DNA of 64,000 nt from Hypanus sabinus (GCF_030144855.1 NC_082732.1:24800001-24864000), one strand, 5' to 3'. Positions 1 through 14,130 are shown, counted from the first letter of the stretch. Program-made: numbers and translations. The notes: a model not told the origin generated them from the sequence alone.

Positions 1-544
1 TCTAATGATGAGTCACAGAGCTGAAGAATTGTTTTTTTCTCTTTTTTAACCAATGCTTGCTGACGCGCTGAGCACCTCCGGTGTGTCTGATTTTATGCTG
101 CGTCCTTGGCCTCCAAAACCACATTGAAATCAAAGGCCTGGCATGAAGCAACACTGCGTTCTGTCACACGGCTGCTCTGCTGTGGGGTGAGCTCACGGTC
201 TCAGCACATCGAATCGGTCGATATGTCCGGGACTTCGCCCTTAGACGTGCATTAAATCGATAACTTACTGCTGTTTAAATGGCAGACTCTATTCAGGCCT
301 GCCAGAATTAGCCCGTGATAATTAGACTTAGGAGTGGCAGATGGGGAGCACAAAGTTTGGTGGAGAAGTTTAATAAGTTCAGCTGCTAGGCTTAACTCAG
401 AGCAATCTTCACCTCTCAGCCGCCTCCAATGAAATTTCCTCCACCTGCACCAAACTCACAGCACAAAGATAATTGAATTAGAAAGACGAATGAGACAGAG
501 AGATCCCTTGGTGTATGTGCAAGGTTCAGTGAAAATGGCACAAA

Positions 545-955
545 GTGAGAAAATGGTTTTAAAAAAAAACAGATGGGATCCTGGGGTTTACAAACAGGGC
601 CTTGTGGCACAAAACATGGGAGTGCTGATAATGTTCTGTGAAACACTGCTTCAACCACAAGCCATGTGTGGCTTTGGGCACCCACAAGTCAAGACTTGAA
701 GACCTTGGAGAGACTGCAGAAGAGAATCACTAAGATGATTCCAGGAATGAGAGGCTTCAGTTATGTGCACAGAGGGGAAGACAGCAAGGTGCAACGGGAT
801 CTAAGGTCTTCAAAATCTTCTTCAAAGGTGTGAAAGGAGCAGACAGAGGTAAACCATTCTCTGTCTGAGTGGGGTTGATTGGGATCCGGGATCAGCCATC
901 TTGGAATGGCTGAGCTGTGCGGATTGGTCCAATTCTGCTCCTAATCTTATGCCCT
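545..955 (+). mobile_element. Degenerate CR1 LINE 3' fragment
   Basis: Decayed RT C-terminus (LERLQKRITKMIPG-like) and a CR1-type 3' UTR. Confidence 0.6.
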
Positions 956-1479
956 AACTCTCATTGGAGGAGGGATGGAAGGTGAAGGCGTTCCTTCCCC
1001 TCAGGCATAAATGATGGAACCCTCGCTTGTATTTTCTCCATTTTGCACACGTTTGCTCTGCTTACCCTCCCTCTCCCCAGGCAGAACAGCATGGAATTCC
1101 TTTCATCCTCAGCTTCCACCTCATCAGACATCTCATCCATCCATTATTTCTGCCAGTCCCAACACAAACCTGCCACCGGTTATATCTTCTCCTCCCGGCT
1201 TCTGTTCCCTTCGACTTTCTCTGGGGATTGCCCCCACCCACCCTGCCGTTCTCTGGTATTTCCCCCGGCGACAAGGCAAGGAGGGTGATATCTGTCACTT
1301 CGCCTCCCCCTCATCACCACCCGGGGCTTAGATTGCCCTTCCAGCTGAGAGAGAGCTCTTAAAAGAATAAGGATTAGGTTTACATCGAATCATGCAGTGA
1401 ATTGTGTTGCTTGCATCAGGGACGTGCTGGGGTAAGTGTCACCACACCCACGATTTACTAACCCTTACTTGTTCCTTAA

Positions 1480-2170
1480 GGTTGTTGTAGTCGGGGTGAT
1501 AATGGGGACAGGCTTCTACATCTATTTAACGCTCCCAGTGGCGTACACCTCAAAGAGCCTCTGACAACCAAGTCCAGCTCCTGCCCTTCACATGTGGCTT
1601 AGCTACTAAGCCCGGCAGAGGGGCAAAGGCGGGTTCAAACCAATCGTTTTGGGCAGACAGGGCTTGTCAGCCATGGCTGGCAGCTCGCCTACGAGAAGGA
1701 AAGCTCTGAGCTCAAACCTCCGCTGCTTTGAGGAAGGCTTTGGGAGTAAATCCTGTGGTGAACTACGTATACCTGTCTGGACACGCCCCTCTGCTGACTG
1801 CTCCTGTGGCTCCTCCCACAGACCCCTGTATAAAGGCGATTGGAGGCATTGCTCCTCCCTCGGTCTCCAGGATGTTGTGTGGTGGTCTCTTGCTGCTGAT
1901 TGCTCTCTTCCAGCTAATAAAAGCCTATCTCTCGCCTCACGTCTCCGAGAGTTATTGATGGTGCATCAAACCCCAAGGGAAAATTCCAGAGCTGAGTCCC
2001 TAAGGCAGTCCTACGTTGAGTTCAACGCTGACTGGCAACTCCAGCGACGCTGCTGGTGCCAAACCGTACTGGTCTCTGCCGGTCCTTTGGGTTCATCAGA
2101 GGCGTGGAGAGGGAGAGCCTGCTGCGTGGGCAACAACATATCGTACTGCCCCGGTGGAAACACACACAGT
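1480..2170. repeat. Unclassified interspersed repeat interrupted by a solo LTR
   Basis: GC-richer block continuous across the LTR insertion and ending in a (CA)n-like tail; family not identified. Confidence 0.35.
1754..1968 (+). mobile_element. Solo LTR (215 bp)
   Basis: TGTGG...CATCA ends, internal TATAAA and AATAAA, imperfect 5-bp TSD aatcc/aaccc; a homologous copy lies at 50441-50604. Confidence 0.8.
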
Positions 2171-2249
2171 CACACAGAGAACGTAAAAACTCCTTACAGA
2201 ATCAGGAATCGAAACCCATTCAGTTATCACTGATGCACCAAACCCTGTG

Positions 2250-2790
2250 TGATTGTGCTGCCCCCTTCATCTCTTCCAACCTGATCTGGTGTTTGCAGTG
2301 CCGCCTCCTCTACAATGGTGAAGCGAAGAATTAACTAGGAGACTGCTTTCTGAAACAACTGTGCTCAGTCTACCATGGCCATTTCAAGCTGGTGTCATTT
2401 TAACTTTTATTCCCACTCCAACACTGTCCTCACCCTTCTCCACTGCTATGAAGAGCAACATCTCGTATTCTGCTTGAGTAATTTACAACCCAGTGGTATG
2501 AGCGTTAGATGTTTACAGTTTCAGGTAATACCTGGTGCTCTCCTCCCATAAACACCTCACCTGTCCACCTATTTTTTTTCTCCCTTTATTCATCTCTCCC
2601 GGCCTTCCCCATGGCTGGTTCCGACAATCCAATCTCCCCTCCCTATCTGGTTCCACCTATCACCCACACCACCAGCCTCTGCCTACCCCTTCTCCCCACC
2701 TGCCCATCGTCTCAATCCGACCAGCCCCTATCCCACTGTCACCTCTAGCATCCGCGGATGCTGCTCTCTCGGGCTTACTGTTCTTTCCTT
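2250..2790 (+). mobile_element. Penelope-like element fragment (GIY-YIG region and pyrimidine-rich 3' part)
   Basis: SSNLIWCLQCRLLYNGEAKN..GDCF resembles the PLE GIY-YIG motif (SNLIYCIRC..LYIGET..LGDRF). Confidence 0.65.
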
Positions 2791-3611
2791 GTTAAAAATG
2801 AATGCAATTAGCAAAAGAATCAAAAGTGAAATGACGACTATTTTAGATGGCAATTGGGTAGGTCTGGACTGAACTGCTCGAGGTTGTGAAGGCAGAGTTA
2901 ATTACGGCATTGAGAAAGGAGAGGCAGTAAGGAGAGTAAGGAAGGGATTTGCGGGGCTCTGGGAGAGCAGACAGACCTGGATTGATCTTACATGGAGCCA
3001 GTCCAGCCTTGATGGGCCAAACAGCCTACATTAATATCGTCACTATTCTGCGGTTCCAGGTTGGCACTGTTCCAGGTTTAAAATTCATAGTTCGTTAACA
3101 CTAAGCTTTCATTCGTGGTTTACAAATGATGTTCATTTTCCAGTTAATTTTGCAATCAAATCACCAAAATATTTCATTGAAACCTTCAGAAGCAGACGAG
3201 AACGTGGACAATTTGGCAATGTTCCAGTGAGTTCAACAATAGTACATAACGAAACACTATGTTAGACTGATAAATCCATCGGTGTGGACCAGTTTAAAAA
3301 TTTGCTATGATTTATTATGTATTCTTTTAAGTTTTCATGCACCACTATCGGGCAAAGCTGATAAGGGGGCAACCGCTCAGCTCTCTGCAGGGAGCACTTC
3401 CAGGGATACACAGAAAAGGAAGCTGGTGTGGTTGAATTGACGGCCCACCTCACCCGGATTGTCTTCACTAACCTGCTAGACACTGGCTACCTCTGCGTTA
3501 GAGACATAGTGACAAATGCCACCCCCCGCCACCCCCCCCATCACCTTCTCTCAGACATATTCTTCAACATCATAGCATCCTGAAAATAATTTCTCACTTG
3601 GACCCTGAAAT

Positions 3612-4040
3612 TCAAAATCTGCAGATGCTGGAAATCTGAAATAAAAACACAAGGTGCTAGAACCACCAGCAGCTCAGGCAGCATCTGTGGAGAAACAGTT
3701 AACGTGTCAGCTCAGGAGAGTTTCCTCAGAACCGGGAAAGAGAACATAAGTTGCTGGGGAGGCTGAGGGATGATAGGGCATAGAAAATATAGGGAACATT
3801 TTTATCTTACCCCAGCTTGAACAGTCCCATCAACCCAGCTAGTTTCTCCCTTTAAAGCCGGGATCCCCAACCTGGGTCCGTGGACCTCGTGCTTAATGGT
3901 ATGGGTCCATGGCATAAACAAAAAGCTGGGAGCACCTACTTTAAAGCTTCCGATGAAGGAGTGTTAACCTGAAATGCTTAATTCTTTTCCTTTCCAGAAG
4001 CACTGCCTGAGCTGCTAGGGTTAATCTGGATGTGTTTATT
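3612..4040. mobile_element. Penelope-derived element with inverted terminal segments
   Basis: tctgcagatgctggaaat...caggcagcatctgtgg at the left and a degenerate reverse complement at the right; decayed hammerhead-like ccgatgaagg...cctgaaa at about 3950-3975. Confidence 0.55.
3858..3938. mobile_element. 81-bp hAT (Charlie/Buster-type) MITE
   Basis: Perfect 8-bp TSD ctttaaag (3850-3857, 3939-3946) with central TA; degenerate TIRs; a related copy lies at 54730-54813. Confidence 0.75.
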
Positions 4041-4807
4041 GAACTCTGGTTCTCACTGTCAGACATATTTTTCTTACATTTCAGATACAGCAACTCTCAG
4101 ATATTTATTTTATAAAAAATGAATGCAGTGAATGTCCTGTGAATGTGAAAGACCCTGTTCCTTGTTAAGGGAATGTACACAATTTACTTTCAGTGTAAGT
4201 CAGTTTTAAAATGGAAAGGGTTTGGGGAGCAGTCCTACAAAATCCACCGGCTCAAGTTTCCAGCAATATCCTTTTTCCCAGAGTGATTCACAAGCGACGC
4301 ATTAGGCGCCATTGAACAACACCTGAAGCTTACTCACTGGCTAAGCTGTCAGAGCTGGACCGTTTTAATACACTATACCATTACTCGATTTCGCTCCAAA
4401 CCTCTGCGCTTCATTATAGCAAGCAAGCAAGCATTAAAACTGCGGCTTCCTCACCAGGGAAATGCTAAATTCACCGTAACCAAGACAGGAAGGTTTAAAT
4501 ATCCAAATTCACTGAACTCACTTGAATACTCTGTGGCCGTGAGGGTAAGGTTTAAACTCGGACCACTGTGAAAATAATGTAACCTTTTTCTAATTTAAAG
4601 TTGCTTCATTTCTTTCTCAGTCTAACAGGGCACCTAAGCTGTGCTCGTTTTAATAGAAACGTCCAACAACTGTCAGAAGAGTTGCCCAGTGTCTAACAGT
4701 GTTTGGTGTGGCCTAGTCAAGTGGACAGGCCTCTCTGGGCTCTGGTGCACCTGTCGTCATTTCATAGTAACGCGGAGACTTAACATTCCGAGCTGAAGGC
4801 TACTTAC

Positions 4808-5083
4808 CCGGGAGTGACACTGAAACCCAAAGTACACCACCACAATGGTGGGCATCAGCACGATGCAAAAGACAGTGCCCATGAGGGCAAGGTTCAGGAG
4901 GAAAAGCGCAAAGTTAAAGGCAGTGACCAGTACCGCCCATCCCCAGCACTCACACACGCTGCGTGCCTCCAGCGGCCACGGTTGGTCCTCAATGCTGTAG
5001 AGTGGAGGGTGGACATGATTAAGCATGCAGACAGTGTCCGACACACTATCCACATCAAAGTCCTCAATTTCTTGCCCTGCCAT
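4808..5083 (-). CDS. TMEM88B: Transmembrane protein 88B, first coding exon (92 codons); downstream exon not found in window
   Basis: ORF MAGQEIEDFDV...hydrophobic stretch...IVVVYFGFQCHSR matches the TMEM88-family motif (VYLGFLCHSR). It ends at a canonical phase-0 donor CGG|GTAAGT (intron starts at 4807). It lies head-to-head with ANKRD65, as in human. Confidence 0.88.
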
Positions 5084-6429
5084 TTCAATGCAGCAGATAT
5101 TTCCCTTCTGATTGCTTTTCCACAGTTAATTGATTTTGCTGCAGTTCCCAGCTTAACGGTGTGGATGAAGTGACTTGCTGGCCTCAGCTCTGATCCACAC
5201 AAGTAGTTTCCTCGCCTGCTACTCCCGCGCTAATGTCACCCCGTCCTGCAATAGGTATGAATCACTCTCGGTGCTGAGATCGAGCCTCACATGAGCAGCA
5301 ACCACAAGCCGGCAGCTGACTCTGTCAGCCTTTGACACTGAGCCAGTTAGTCGAGATTAATAAACTGCCAGAAAACGCAGTCGTTCCCGCTTCGGACCAA
5401 TCCTCTTGTGCTGCATCCTCAGGCACTGAGCATGCTCCTCCCAGACTATTACCTGGCTGTTAGGGGACTAGCACAAACTGCAGCTGCGGGCTCCAGGTAA
5501 GAGCTGCATTTATCACAAGTTGCAGAGCCCAAACTACAGCAGACAATTCTCATCCCTGCAATTAACAAAGTCTTTGATTACTCCCTATCGTTAGAGCAGT
5601 AACATTTTCCATGTTGCAATAAGAACATTTTTAATGGTACATTGATGATTGTTTACAATATTGTATTATGTTGTATATAAATTTCTTATGATTCTCCCCC
5701 GTTTCATTTCAGTTCCTTTAAATGAATACACCTGGGGAGTTAAAAATCTCAATTATAAACGTGTCTCACAGCAATATTTTTTAAATCTCTGCATTTATTC
5801 AATAATTAAACACTAATAATCAAGCAGCAAAAAGATTGAATAGTATTTTATTTGACGTCTCCAAATAAGAAGACTTTATTTTTAAGAAGCATTGACTAAT
5901 TACATTGCTTTCGTGAAGGTGCAGGCACATTTGTACACAGCAGTGAACCAGCTTACCATTTGCTACCAGGTCTGGCTGGATTTGAATCACTCTACAATGG
6001 AAAGATAACACATACTTTCTTCACTGTAAATCATTTTAAATATATCTTCCCTGTCTCTTCCGCTCTCTCCTCTGTTCAGGAAGCAGCCTCTACCACGTCC
6101 ATCATTACTTCCAGCCTACAGAGCCGATTTTTTTAAGGTGCATTCTCCAACTTCTCCTTCAAATCACCTCCTCTCAAAATTCCTTCCCTCCTCACAACTG
6201 CTGGCCATCTCCAACTTTGCTTTTTCCTGCAGAGTCCTCACTTGAATCCCTTCCCCAGCACAGAACTGAAATTGCTCTGATCAATATCACAGACAGCATC
6301 CAGTACGAAGCCTCCACACAAAGTGTTGGGGGGGACTCAGCCGGGAAGGTGAAGGATCTCCGTTTGAAATGTCAACTCTCTGTTAGCTTCCGTAGACACC
6401 CCGTGACCTGCTGAGTGAATCCAGCATTT

Positions 6430-7135
6430 CAAAAAGGCCTACAGTGTCCAGGGTGTCACAGGCGACACCCTCCCCACCACTGAACTCTTCTATAAGGAGT
6501 GCTGCCACAAAAAGGCAGCATCAAAGATGCCCACTGTGCAGGCCATGCTCTCTTCTCACTGCTGCCATTGGGAAGGAGCCTCAGGTCCCACAGCACCAGG
6601 CATAGGAACAGTTACACAATGGTCCAATTTAATATCAGAGAATATATTCAGTATGCAGCCTGAAATCCTTCAGCTGCATTACCCTTCAACCATCAAGTTC
6701 CTGAATCAGTGTGGGTTGCTTCACTCATCTCAACTCTAAACTGTTCCCTCAACCAATGGACTGCGGGCTCTTCAGCTCATCTTCTCAGGATTGTTCCTTT
6801 GTGAGTCGGTTTTCGTGTATTCCACTTGAGTTCTTTGTTCTACTGTGGATGCCTGCAAGAAAGTGAATCACAAGCGGGACATTTGCCGGCTGGTGGTGTG
6901 AGTGGAGTCAGCTCTGGACTTCGAGGCGAGTGGCCTTGGGTTCGAGTCCTGCCGGCTCCTTGCGCCCTTTCCATCCGTGCCGGGTTGGACGTCCAGCTAG
7001 CCATTCAGCCTTGTAAAAAACAGGCAAAATGCTAAAGAAATGGCAGAACCACCCGATGTGCCACTTGGCGTGGAGAGGAATGACACATGGCGACATACGT
7101 GTACTTTGATGATAAATTTACTTGGCACTTTGATC
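6430..7135 (+). mobile_element. Rex1/Babar LINE 3' fragment interrupted by a SINE
   Basis: CHKKAASK..HAL remnant and the typical 3' tail ...tactttgatgataaatttactt. Confidence 0.55.
6884..7080 (+). mobile_element. tRNA-derived SINE
   Basis: A-box-like tggtgtgagtgg and B-box gttcgagtc; body shared with the copy at 48617-48843. Confidence 0.65.
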
Positions 7136-8669
7136 TTTGTGTGCTGCAGTCGCATGTGTCTCCAGTTCTCAACTTGACCACTGCCTTTGGTTAAAATTAA
7201 CTGCCCCCAGCCTCCGCATCGACTGCCTGCCTGAAGGGGACTGCTCTTCCTTGGCTCAGCTGTTGACGACCAGTGGTCACTCTGCCCACACCTGTAACAT
7301 TAACCTCTCAGTCTCCCCAGAGGTCTCCACGATGCCTCCACTAGCTTCCGTAAGTACATAGATGCCCTCCCCCCCACCACTACTCCCCCCCCTTGACCCT
7401 TCCGCTGGCTTTAAATTCTCAGACTTTTTGTCCAACATCTAGCTTTATCACTGGTGAGATTGCTCTGCTATGGAGAGGGGGAGCGTTGCCCAGGCTTTCT
7501 GCTTTCTGGGTGTGGACTTGGACTGGGGGCTTCTTTTACAGGCTTATGGTTTTTAATTTGTATTCTGAGTTTTTCTCAGTTTTTGTGTGCGTGGTAGGGG
7601 GATTTTGGGCTCAATGTGTTCATTTTCTTCTGCGGGGAGGAGGGATTTGAGGGTTGATTATCAAGCTGCCGTCCTTTTCCTTCTTGGTTACGCGGCTTGC
7701 CGGAGAAGAAGAATTTCAGAGTTGCAAACTTTGATGATAAATGAGCCTGTGAACCTCTGCAAAGATATTTCCTCCAAATAAATGTCAGCATAACCATGTG
7801 GTACTTTAGTGTGTATACACGCCTTGATCATTTGGCATCATCAGCCAATCTGGGATAGACAATGGAACAGTAAAATTTCCAAACCATTAACACAAATAAA
7901 GAAGGGATCAAGCGCACCCGACACTGGCCTGAGCCTGGTGTATCCAGGGCACCATAAATCCAAAAGATCTGTCCAACCCTTTCCCTCCAGTGTTGATCCT
8001 CGTTTCCATAAATGGGAACAGACACTCGGTGGCCACTTTATTAGGCACACCTGCTCGGTAAAGCAAATATCTAATCAGCCAAACATGAGGCAGCAAATCT
8101 GACTAAATACAGGTGAAAAAAAAAGATTTACTTTGGCTCTCTGTTTGGATTACTGCTCTGATCTTTCAGACCTGGTCTTCATGGTTGTAGCACGCGAGTG
8201 GTCCATTTCATGTTGCACTGACAAGGAGGCTGTGAGGTTGTAGATAATTGCTTTGGGAACGGAGAGGGCACAATCTGAGTCTAGCAAAGAGGCAGGAGTG
8301 CAGCAAAATGTCCTGTCCTCTGACTGATATTGAATCTCTTGAGTGCTGTCGGAGTTGTGTCCGTTAAGCTGAACTCTTGACGCGGCAGAAGGTTCATGTG
8401 GTAAAGAGGAGGAGACAATGGGATTCATTCTGATCAAGAGATGCCTATAAATAGCATCATAGATGGACGTCAGTTGGCGAAAGGATTACAGGAAATTGAG
8501 GAAGTATGATTTCACCCAAAAGCTGGTGAGAGTCTGGGACCTACCGCCAAAAAGTGAGTCAGAGACCCAAATCACAATCACAATCACATTCAAAAGAGCT
8601 GATGCCTACAAGGATATAGACCAAGAGTTAGTGGTAACCAAAATTAGCTTTTATCTTGCCTGTGGATAT

Positions 8670-8995
8670 GATGGAATGAAAGACGATGAGATATAGGAGC
8701 AGAATGAGGCCATTTGTCCCATTGAGTCTGCTCCACCATTCCATCATGGCAGATTTATTATCCCTCTCAATCCCGTTCCCCTGCCTTCTCCCTGTAATCT
8801 CTGACCCCCTTACTAATCAAGAACCTATCAACCTCTACTTTAAATATAGTCAGTGACTTGGTCTCAATAGCCGTGTGTGACAATGAATTCCACAGATTCA
8901 CCACCCTCTGGCTAAAGAAACTCCTCGTAATCTCTGTTCTAAAGGGACGTCGTTGTACTCCAAGGCTGTGCGCTGTGGTCCTAGACTCCCCTATG
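8670..8995 (-). mobile_element. CR1 LINE 3' end
   Basis: Reverse strand encodes an FFSQRVVNLWNSL-type RT C-terminus followed by the CR1 3' UTR. Confidence 0.75.
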
Positions 8996-9899
8996 AGAAG
9001 TGTCTATGATACTCTGCTCCATGGATCAGAGAAATTCCGTAAACTGGCTTGGCTGCAGATGCCTTACTCAACGAGGGAAGACCTTGGAAGAATTGGAAGT
9101 ATCGCAGGAGTAGTGACTGTAATGGTATCTGTGGAAACCATTATAACCCTGAGACTCCTTGAAAGATTGGTGGCACGTCTGTGGTGTGTGGGGGGTAGGG
9201 GGCGGTTGTTCCATGAACTTTATTTGGATACCAGGTGTTCCCATCCTCTGCTGCGATGTTGCCGAGCATCTTGACTGTAGACTGGGCACCTTAAGTAAAG
9301 TGGCAATAAGCTCTTGGTGCAAGATGTTGCTGTGCAGAGAGTAGCAGAGTTAGAATTACAAACATCTGGAGCAGATTTTAGATCCTTTCAACGTGCAAGA
9401 TATAAGCACGTCTTCACTGAAGGCAGGGAGAGAATAAATCGGAATAGTTATGGATTTTAAAGATCAATGAGATAGAAACCGATATCTAAAGTCTGCTTAA
9501 AAGACCCTAACACAAATATACTGTCTCTTTTTGAGATAGTAACCATAGGAACAGCTGTGTTCAGTTTAATGGTACTTGACAAAATGATAGCTAGGAGTAA
9601 GAACACAAAATTACATTTTCATTGAGCGTCCACAAACACCCTGCCAAATATTCTTCATAAATTCAGTTCATTACTTCCAACGCCAACACAGATTAAAGTA
9701 TAAATTGATATTTTGCAGTTTAATGACAAAATCTTACAGGAAAATGAAATATAAATTAAAGAAACTGTGGTCATCACGTCGTTAGCTAGCCTTTCCCCTG
9801 TATCTGAAAGCAGGGTTGTTGCAGCCTACGCACTTCTGGAACTGCTGCTCGGATTGATGCACACGAGCCTCGGCTTTTAAAACAAGTAATTGTATATCT

Positions 9900-10290
9900 C
9901 CTGTATCTAATAAAATGGCCACTTTGTGGACGTTGATAGTCTGCTGCAGCAGTCCATCCACTTCAAGGTTCAACGTGTTGTGCATTCAGTGATGTACTTC
10001 TACACACCACTGTTGTAACGCGTGTTTATTTGAGTTCCTGTCACCTTCCCGTCTCCTGTCAGCTTCAACCAGTCTGGCCGTTCTCCTCTGATCTCTCTCA
10101 GTAACAAGGCATTTTCACTCACAGAATGTCTTTTTGTTTACCTTTGAACTCTGAAGACTGTTGTGCCTGAAAATCCCAGGGGATCAGCAGTTTCTGAGAT
10201 ACTCAAACCGCCCCATCTGGCACCAACAACCATTCTGTGCTCAAGCTCACCTAGATCACATTTCTCTCCCATTCTGATGTTTGGATTTTT
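9900..10290 (-). mobile_element. Tc1/mariner internally deleted element
   Basis: MGEKCDLGELEHRMVVGARWGGLSISETADPLGFS is a paired-like HTH; TIR-like ctaataaaatggccact at about 9907. Confidence 0.75.
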
Positions 10291-10869
10291 TTTTTTGCAT
10301 CTGCATTTAGTCAGAAGGGCACAGACTATAGACACGAGGCAAAAGCAGCATCGAGTTCCCACTACTGATGTCAAGCTCAGCAGCCCAGAATTTCCTGGTT
10401 TATCTTTAAGAGCCTTTCTTCAACAACGGGACAACATTAGCTATCTTCCAATCCTCCGATTGGAACCTCGCGTGTTGCTATGGGTGAGTTTAATGTCTGC
10501 TTGGGCCCTGCAATTTCTGCACTTGCCTTCCACAGGGTCTGAGGGGACACCTTGCCAGGCTCTGAGGATTTGTCCGCCCTAATTTGCCTCAAGACAGCAA
10601 ACACCTCATCCTTGTAATCTGTATAGGGACCATGAACTTCGTGCTGCTTTGCCTCACTTCTATAGACTCTGTTCCCTTCTGTATTCGCAGATCCCTTTGT
10701 TCTACCACTCGCGTCCGTGCTCTACCGCCCACTGTGCGAGGCCTACCCTGGCTGGTCCTAATGAAGTGCAACGCCTCACACTTGTCTTAATTAAATTCCA
10801 TCTGCCATTTTTTTTAGCCCATTTTTCCAGCAGGTCCAGATCCTGCAAGCTGGTGGTCTTCTTGGTGTC

Positions 10870-11490
10870 ACAAATCAAGGTATTGAGTGCAGGAGATGGG
10901 ATGTTATGTTGAAGTTATAGAAGACTTTGATGAGGCCTAATTTGGAGTATTGTCTGCAGTTTTGGTCACCTACCTACAGGAAAGATGTAAATAAGGTTGA
11001 AAGAGTGCAGAGACAATTTACAAGGATGTTACCGGACCTGGAGGACCTGAGCTAAAAAGAAAAGATTGAATCGGTTAGGATTTTATTCTTTGGAATGTAA
11101 GAGATTGAGGGGAGATTTGATAGAGGTATATAAAATATTGAGGTATATAGATCGGGTAAATGCAAACAGGTTATTTCCACTAAGGTTGGATAGGACTACA
11201 ATTAGAGGTCATGGGTTAAGGGTGAAAGGTGAAAATTTTAAGGGGCACATAGAAGAAACTTCTTCATTCAAAGGGTTGGGAGAGTGTGGAATGAGCCGCC
11301 AGCACAAGTGGCGCATGTGAGCTTGATTTCTACATTTAAGAGAGGTTTGGATAGGTACGTGGGTGGTAGGGATTTGGAGGCTATGGTCCTGGAGTAGGTC
11401 AATGGGAGTAGACATTTTAAAGGGCTTGGCATGAACTACATGAGCCAAAGGTCTTGTTTCTGTGCTGTACTTTTTTATGACTATGATGAC
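10870..11490 (+). mobile_element. CR1 LINE 3' fragment
   Basis: RPNLEYCLQFWSP...RLRGDLIEVYKIL...RGHGLRV; tail resembling (tatgac)n. Confidence 0.85.
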
Positions 11491-12439
11491 TCATCCATCA
11501 CTTGTAGCAAAAGACAATACATTCCATGAAGCTGCTGTGCAAAACAAATCTCTTAATCTTCCTTGATCTTTTAGTAAACACAAGAGATTCTACCAATGCT
11601 GGACATCCAGAGCAACAGGCACAAAATGCTGGAGGAACTCAGCAGGTCAGGCAGTATCTGTGAAGTGGAATAAAAAGCCGAAATTTCAGGCTGAGACCTT
11701 TTGGCCATGATTATTGATCTCTATGTGACACTTTCGAGCGATGAACCTTGTGACTCCAGCCACAGAAAATAATCTCTCTCATCAACTCTCGCCGCAATTT
11801 AAAAAGAATTGTAATCAATCTCTACATGGTTTTTTTGTGTGCTCATAGTTTTAGTTCCCCACCCATAGCATCATCCTGCTGAAGCTATGCAATGATATAA
11901 AGAAAGTCTTGTCGGAACTTGCTATGCATTAATTGCCTTCCTTGTTCCTGCCTTTCAGCAATGTCTATGATTCACAGCTACTTCAGAAAGCTACAAGATG
12001 CTTTGTGAATCTTAAAAGAGACCAGGAATTTCATGACATATTTGTCTTCCAATATTGCGAGTAGCTTTAATCTATACTCCCACGCTGTCCAAAGCCACGC
12101 AGAAAGCATCAAGAGTAGCCCAACAGAGTCACACAGCAAAGAAACAGGCCTCTCAGCCCATGGTAATGTAGCGTCAAGCATGATGCTTTACAGTTTGGAG
12201 CGCGCAGAGTTCGTTGTTCAATTCCAGCACCATTCTGAAAGGAAACTCTCAATGTCCTCTCTACATCCTCCCTGTGGAGTGTATGGAATTTCCCCAGGCC
12301 CTCTGGTTTCCTCCCACTGCCCAAAGACGCACTAGGTAGGTTAGTTGTCCTGTGAATAGGTAAAAATCAGGGTTGTGGGGTTGCTGGGGAGGTGTGGGTC
12401 AAAGAGCCGGAAGGACCTACTCCGTACTGTATTTTACTG

Positions 12440-12882
12440 TAAGTTACAGGGAAAGGTTGAACAAGTTAGGTCTTTATTCTTTGGAGCGTAGAAGGTTGAG
12501 AGGGAACTTGACAGAGGTATTTAAAATTATCAGGGGGATAAAGAGAGTTGACGTGGATAGGCTTTTTCCATTGAGAGTAGGGGAGATTCAAACAAGAGGA
12601 CATGAGTTGAGAGTTAGGGGGCAAGAGTTTAGGGGTAACACGAGGGGGAACTTTTTTACTCAGAGAGTGGTAGCTGTGTGGAATGAGCTTCCAGTAGAAG
12701 TGGTAGAAGCAGGTTCGATATTGTCAGTTAAAAAAAATTGAGTAGGTATATGGACAGGAAAGGAATGGAGGGTTATTGGCTGAGTGCAGTTTGGTGGGAC
12801 TAGGTGAGAGTAAGTGTTCGGCATGGACTAGAAGGTCCGAGATGGGCTGTTTCTGTGCTGTAATTGTTATATGGTTATATGG
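12440..12882 (+). mobile_element. CR1 LINE 3' fragment
   Basis: SYRERLNKLGLYSLERRRLRGNLTEVFKI...NFFTQRVVAVWNELP; (atggtt)n tail. Confidence 0.85.
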
Positions 12883-13184
12883 AATTACTAAACCAATAAA
12901 ATTTGGCCTACATCCTTACTCATCCACATTCCCGTACAAGTGCCTCAACCAAGCCCTCTGCCAGCTCATTCCATAACCTTTTGAATTTATTGGTCTATTT
13001 AAAATAAGTACTTGAATAGACAGAACGCTGTCAGGCCAATGCCTTATAAAGCTTCAGCATTACACCCCTGCTTTTACGTTTTAGTTCTCTGGAAACATTG
13101 CTAATGTTGCATTTGTCTTTTTCACTACCAACTCTCCACACAATTCCACACAGTTCCACACAGCTACCACTCTCTGAGTAAAGA

Positions 13185-14130
13185 TTAGTGTGCAAACTTA
13201 AAGCACATGGTATTGGGGGTATGGTATTGATGTGGATAGAGAATTGATTGGCAGACAGGAAGCAAAGAGTGGGAGTAAATGGGACCTTTTCAGAATGGCA
13301 GGCAGTGACTAGTGGGGTAACGCAAGGCTCAGTGCTGGGACCCCAGTTGTTTCAATTAAAAAAGATTTCCGAACTGACCAATGAGTACAGGAGCTGGGAA
13401 TTTACGTTGCAGTTGTACAAGTTGCTGGCAATCCTGCCTATTTTGTAGCTTTGGTTGCTCTGTTATAGGAAAGACACCATTAAGCTGAAAAGAATGCAGA
13501 CATGGCTTACCATAATGTAGCCAGGATTCAAGAGCCTGAAGTATAGGAGGTGGCTGGGCAGGATAGGATTTTATTCCTTGGAGTGCAGGGGACTGAGGGG
13601 TAACATTAGAGAAGCATATACAGTCATGAGGGGTAGAGATAGAATGAATGCATGAAGTCATTTTTCCCCAGGGAGAGGGAACAAAAAAAAACTAAAAGAC
13701 GTAGTTCATGAATCGGAATCAGGTTTATTATCGCTGGTAAATATTGTGAAATTTGTTGTTTTGCGGTAGGACTGCAGCACAATACATTAAATATTACAAG
13801 TTACAATAAGAAATTAGATAAAGTGCAAATAATTAGTGCAAAAAGAGGCAAAACAGTCTCCATGGACCATTCAGAAATCTGAAGGTGGAGGGGATTGAGG
13901 TGAAAAAGATTTAAAAGAGACTCGAGGGGCAACTCCTCTATGCAAAGGGTGGCGAGCATACGGAATGAGCTGCCAGAAGAGGTGGTTGAGGCAAGCACAA
14001 TTTAAAAGGCATCTCAGCAGGTATATGGATAAGAAAGGTTCAGATGGCTAGGCGCCTAATGCAGGCAAATGCAACTTGTCATTATAGACAAACTGGACCA
14101 TAGGGCCAATTCCATCTCGTGTTACCCTCC
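13185..14130 (+). mobile_element. CR1 LINE fragments (deleted and interrupted)
   Basis: RKQRVGVNGTFSEWQAVTSGVTQGSVLGPQLF RT motif plus later C-terminal remnants. Confidence 0.75.

Noticed and set aside
1649-2233. 194-aa ORF
   Set aside because: It spans a repeat and a solo LTR and is a chance open frame.
1-4807. TMEM88B second coding exon
   Set aside because: I found no minus-strand segment encoding the expected second hydrophobic region and C-terminal motif, so it probably lies left of the window.
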